Source of the DNA: Macrostomum lignano
Taxonomy: Eukaryota
Assembly (NCBI GenBank): GCA_002269645.1
Contig: NIVC01000572.1
Coordinates: 391,053 to 455,052 of the forward strand
Direction of reading: 5' to 3'
Length of the DNA: 64,000 bases
Below, in pieces: positions 60,830 to 64,000 of the stretch. The notes beneath the pieces were generated by a model, which saw nothing but the letters and a program-made list of their open reading frames with translations, did no database searches and had not been told where the DNA came from. The translations under genes and the position numbers were made by a program. The stretch's first letter is position 1. Each line of letters begins with the position of its first letter.

Positions 60830-61678
60830 ATTTGAAGAGAGGAGAGGCAACAGAGGGAATAAAAGAAAGATAAAATATAATAGGAGAGATGAGGGGGTGA
60901 GGACAATGAGAAAGAGGGGGAGAAGAGGGGAGAGAGGAAAAGCGAGAGGAGAGAGTAGAGATGAGAGAGCAGAGAGCTGCAGAAGAGAGAAGAGAGGAGA
61001 CAGCAGAGAGGAGAGCAAAGAGGAAACAGGTGAAAGAAGAGATGAAAGAGTTAAGGGAAGAGAGAAGAGATGAAGATATATCTCTACATCTCTAAGGTTG
61101 TAGAGATGAGAGAGGTGGAAGGAGAGATGAGAAATGAGAGATGAGAGATAACGGAGAGAGGAGAGTGGAGTGAGAGAAGAGAGGGAGACAGAGTATAGAA
61201 AACGAAAGAGAAGAGAAAAGAAGAAAGGAGAAAGGAAAGTGAAGAGTCAAAAGAGGGGAAAGAAAAGAGTACGGAGGAGAGAGGTGAGAGAAGGAAAGAG
61301 AGGAAAAGCAAGAGGAGAGAGTAGAGATAAGAGCAAAGAGCTGCAGATGAGAGAAGAGAGGAGACAGCAGAGAGGAGAGCAAAGAGGAAACAGGTGAAAG
61401 AAGAGATGAAAGAGTAAAGGGAAGAGAGAAGAGATGAAGATACATCTCTACATCTCTAAGGTTGTAGAGATGAGAAAGGTAGAAGGAGAGATGAGAAATG
61501 AGAGATGAGAGATAATAGAGAGAGGAGAGTGGAGTGAGAGAAGAGAGGGAGACAGAGTATAGAAAATAGAAGAGGAGAGAAAAGAAGAAAGGAGAAAGAA
61601 AAGTGAAGAGTCAAAAGAGGGGAAAGAAAAGAGTACGGAGGAGAGAGGTGAGAGAACATATAAGACAGATGAGAGAGG
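60830..61678. repeat. Polypurine (GA-rich) tract with a ~364-bp tandem duplication; the tract resumes at 62432-62760
   Basis: The landmark TCTCTACATCTCTAAGGTTGTAGAGAT occurs at 61081 and 61445; the + strand is almost purely A/G. Confidence 0.9.
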
Positions 61679-61686
61679 TTACTCAG

Positions 61687-62423
61687 TAGTGATGAATCAA
61701 AATTCGATTTTGATTTTGATATTCCGAATTTCGAAACTAATTTTGCATCGAAATAATTTTGATTTTGATTTTGAATTTCGACACCATTCATCGAAAATCG
61801 TTTCAAAATTTTGGTTATATTTTAACAATTTAGACATTGATGATCATGCTACACGAGTTAGAAAATCTATAGGAAATGAAAGGAAGTGCAGTTCAAAGAC
61901 TCAGTGAGGAGGTGAGAATCGTCTTTTCTACAAGAAAAGATTGTGTAGGGCACATACTGTTCAAGGCCTTGTGCTACACCCACCTCAACCTCCACAAGCC
62001 CACTGGCTGAACTCATTGGCGTGGATTTTAATTGGCTAAAGACTTATAAAGCCTTAATGAAATGGATATAGGCTACTTGTATCTAGATCTTCAGCTTCAA
62101 CAGCGGTGAAGTATTATACAACTTCTACTATATTTCTATGTACGAGTGTATAATACGTAAAATACCAGCATTTTCTATTTCTTTTTTTAAGTAAGTTAAA
62201 TCTAAAGTATTCTGGTTTAAACATATCAAAGATACTTTTTATAAAACATGTAAGCTCATACATGCAGAGGCAAGGTGTTAACCTTTTTGCATGATTAGCA
62301 AAAAAGTAAAAATTTGTTAAGCTCAAAAAATTTTGATTTTGATTACAATTTCAATTTTGATTCTAAGGAACCAAAAATTTTGATTTTGATTTTGATTTGA
62401 AAAATAATTTCAATCCATCACTA
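61687..62423. mobile_element. Non-autonomous hAT-type element (MITE), 737 bp
   Basis: TIRs TAGTGATGAATCAAAATT and the reverse complement TAGTGATGGATTGAAATT (15/18 identical). Perfect 8-bp TSD TTACTCAG at 61679-61686 and 62424-62431. Subterminal (TTTTGA)n; no transposase ORF. Confidence 0.9.
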
Positions 62424-64000
62424 TTACTCAGGGATAAGAGAGCAGAGACGAGAGTGAACAGATAGGAGAGTAAAGAGAACAGAGGAGAGGTTACAGAGAC
62501 AAGAGGAGAGAGGAGAGACAAAGGTAGAGAAGTGAGTGAGGAGAGAGGAGAGGAGAGAGAAAATGAATAAGTAGAGAGGAGAGAGAAAATGAATAAGTAG
62601 AGAGGAGAGGAGAGAGAAAAGAAGAGACAAGAGATGAGATAAGAGAGATGAAAGAGAAGAGAGATGAGGGAAGATACAAAAGAAGAGGGGAGAGAGGAGA
62701 GACAAGGGACAAGAGAGATAAGAGGAAACAAAGAGACAATAGAAATTTCAAAGGATCCAAGGGACGTAGGGAAAGTCAGTGAGAGACCAGTTTAGCAATA
62801 TATGTTTTAGAGTCAGACAGACATTGCCTAACATTCTGCGCAGTACCCCAGCCAACAATGTCTCAAACCCTAATTTTACACAAATGTGCTCCATTTTATG
62901 TCTACCTCTATCTTACTAACTATTAATAAGTTTTTGTTTCTATATGGCCTTAGATATCAGAATACATGCAAAAGTAGTTCTGGGTATTGGAATTCCCCGG
63001 GTTCAAAATCTGCGGGTTTCAACAGCTTGTATTAAATATATATTAGAAATATGTTGTATATTTTGTACAATGATTTGTTTAAAACTGTAATAAATTTTTA
63101 TACTATAAACAGCTATTTGAGGGCCTGACCAAAATAAATTCTCACCTTTAAGCTCAAGCTTTGATTGTGCTTACCTGCTTATTTTGCATAAGCTTCTTAT
63201 TCTATTCTCTTATTTAGAAATAAATTCAATCAGCCTTGGGCTTGTAATCACTTATGTTACTTATATTGAGTAGTAGATAGTGACTTAGGAATAACCCCAA
63301 GACTAGGAGTGTTCAACCTATTTTCAAAAGAACAAGATATCTAGATTAGAATCTGAGAAATCACTTTTAGAAGGCCTATTTTGCAGATGGTGGGGATATG
63401 CCAGAAAATTCCGGCATATACTTGATTTCTGTGGCACACACTAGCGTATATTTCTTGGCTATGTACAGTGTGGCGTACAGTCTCAGTGTGATGTATGGCG
63501 ACTAGCATAGAAATGAATATAAGGAATGTTTTTGTGCTTTTTCTGTGTTAAGTTATTTCAAAAACTATTTTTTCTGCTACTATTTTATCATTTACTAATC
63601 ATTTTAATTACTGGAATTGTCACAACAATTGTCATGTTGTTATCAATTTTTTGTAGTTCAATTTTAAATTTAAATATTCATTGATTTTTTATTGTTTTTT
63701 CAAGTTGGCACACATTTAAAATCTATTGGCATACAATTGAAAATTCAATAAAAATGTGTCCGGCATACATAGAAAACCTTTTGCAATACAATAGAAGGTA
63801 GAAATCTTACCACAGGGTAGAGAGATCTAGACATAAAGTCTGAAGAGAAACCCTTAAGGGAAACCCTCCTAGAGGAGAAAACTGGGAGATTTAAAGAATT
63901 AGAAATATAGTGCCATTAGACTGTTTAGGCTAAAAGTACATATGCTACCAGTAAACATACAAGGCCTACAGGAAATAACCAATAAAATCAAGTAGTAAGA

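Overview
Eukaryotic genomic DNA, not prokaryotic. It has GT-AG introns, GC-rich exons in AT-rich introns and very dense micro/minisatellites; the style suggests a free-living flatworm such as Macrostomum (inference only). All host genes found are on the minus strand: (1) the 5' part of a GH3/GHDC-like adenylate-forming enzyme with a hydrophobic N-terminus (239-951, continues off the left edge); (2) a ~21 kb latrophilin-like adhesion GPCR (6231-27078: signal peptide, SUEL-like lectin, Ser/Thr stalk, GAIN/GPS, 7TM, PDZ-type tail); (3) two PIM-family kinases (29813-31479 and 46391-49990); (4) two profilins (53765-54166 and 56970-58288). Mobile DNA: a 6.6 kb CACTG-ended CMC/EnSpm-type transposon in the first coding intron of the GPCR (19671-26286), whose second ORF starts with a CIDE-N-like domain; a young 5'-truncated RTE retrotransposon inside a composite block with a 273-bp tandem array (39220-43256); a hAT-type MITE with an 8-bp TSD (61687-62423); mariner and LINE relics; and tRNA-derived SINEs. 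Most long ORFs in the supplied track are repeat translations or antisense shadows. There is no CRISPR array, rRNA or convincing tRNA. Several genes need one extra base, often in a homopolymer run, to stay in frame, so long-read assembly error is a standing caveat. Exon boundaries were read by eye and no database searches were run.
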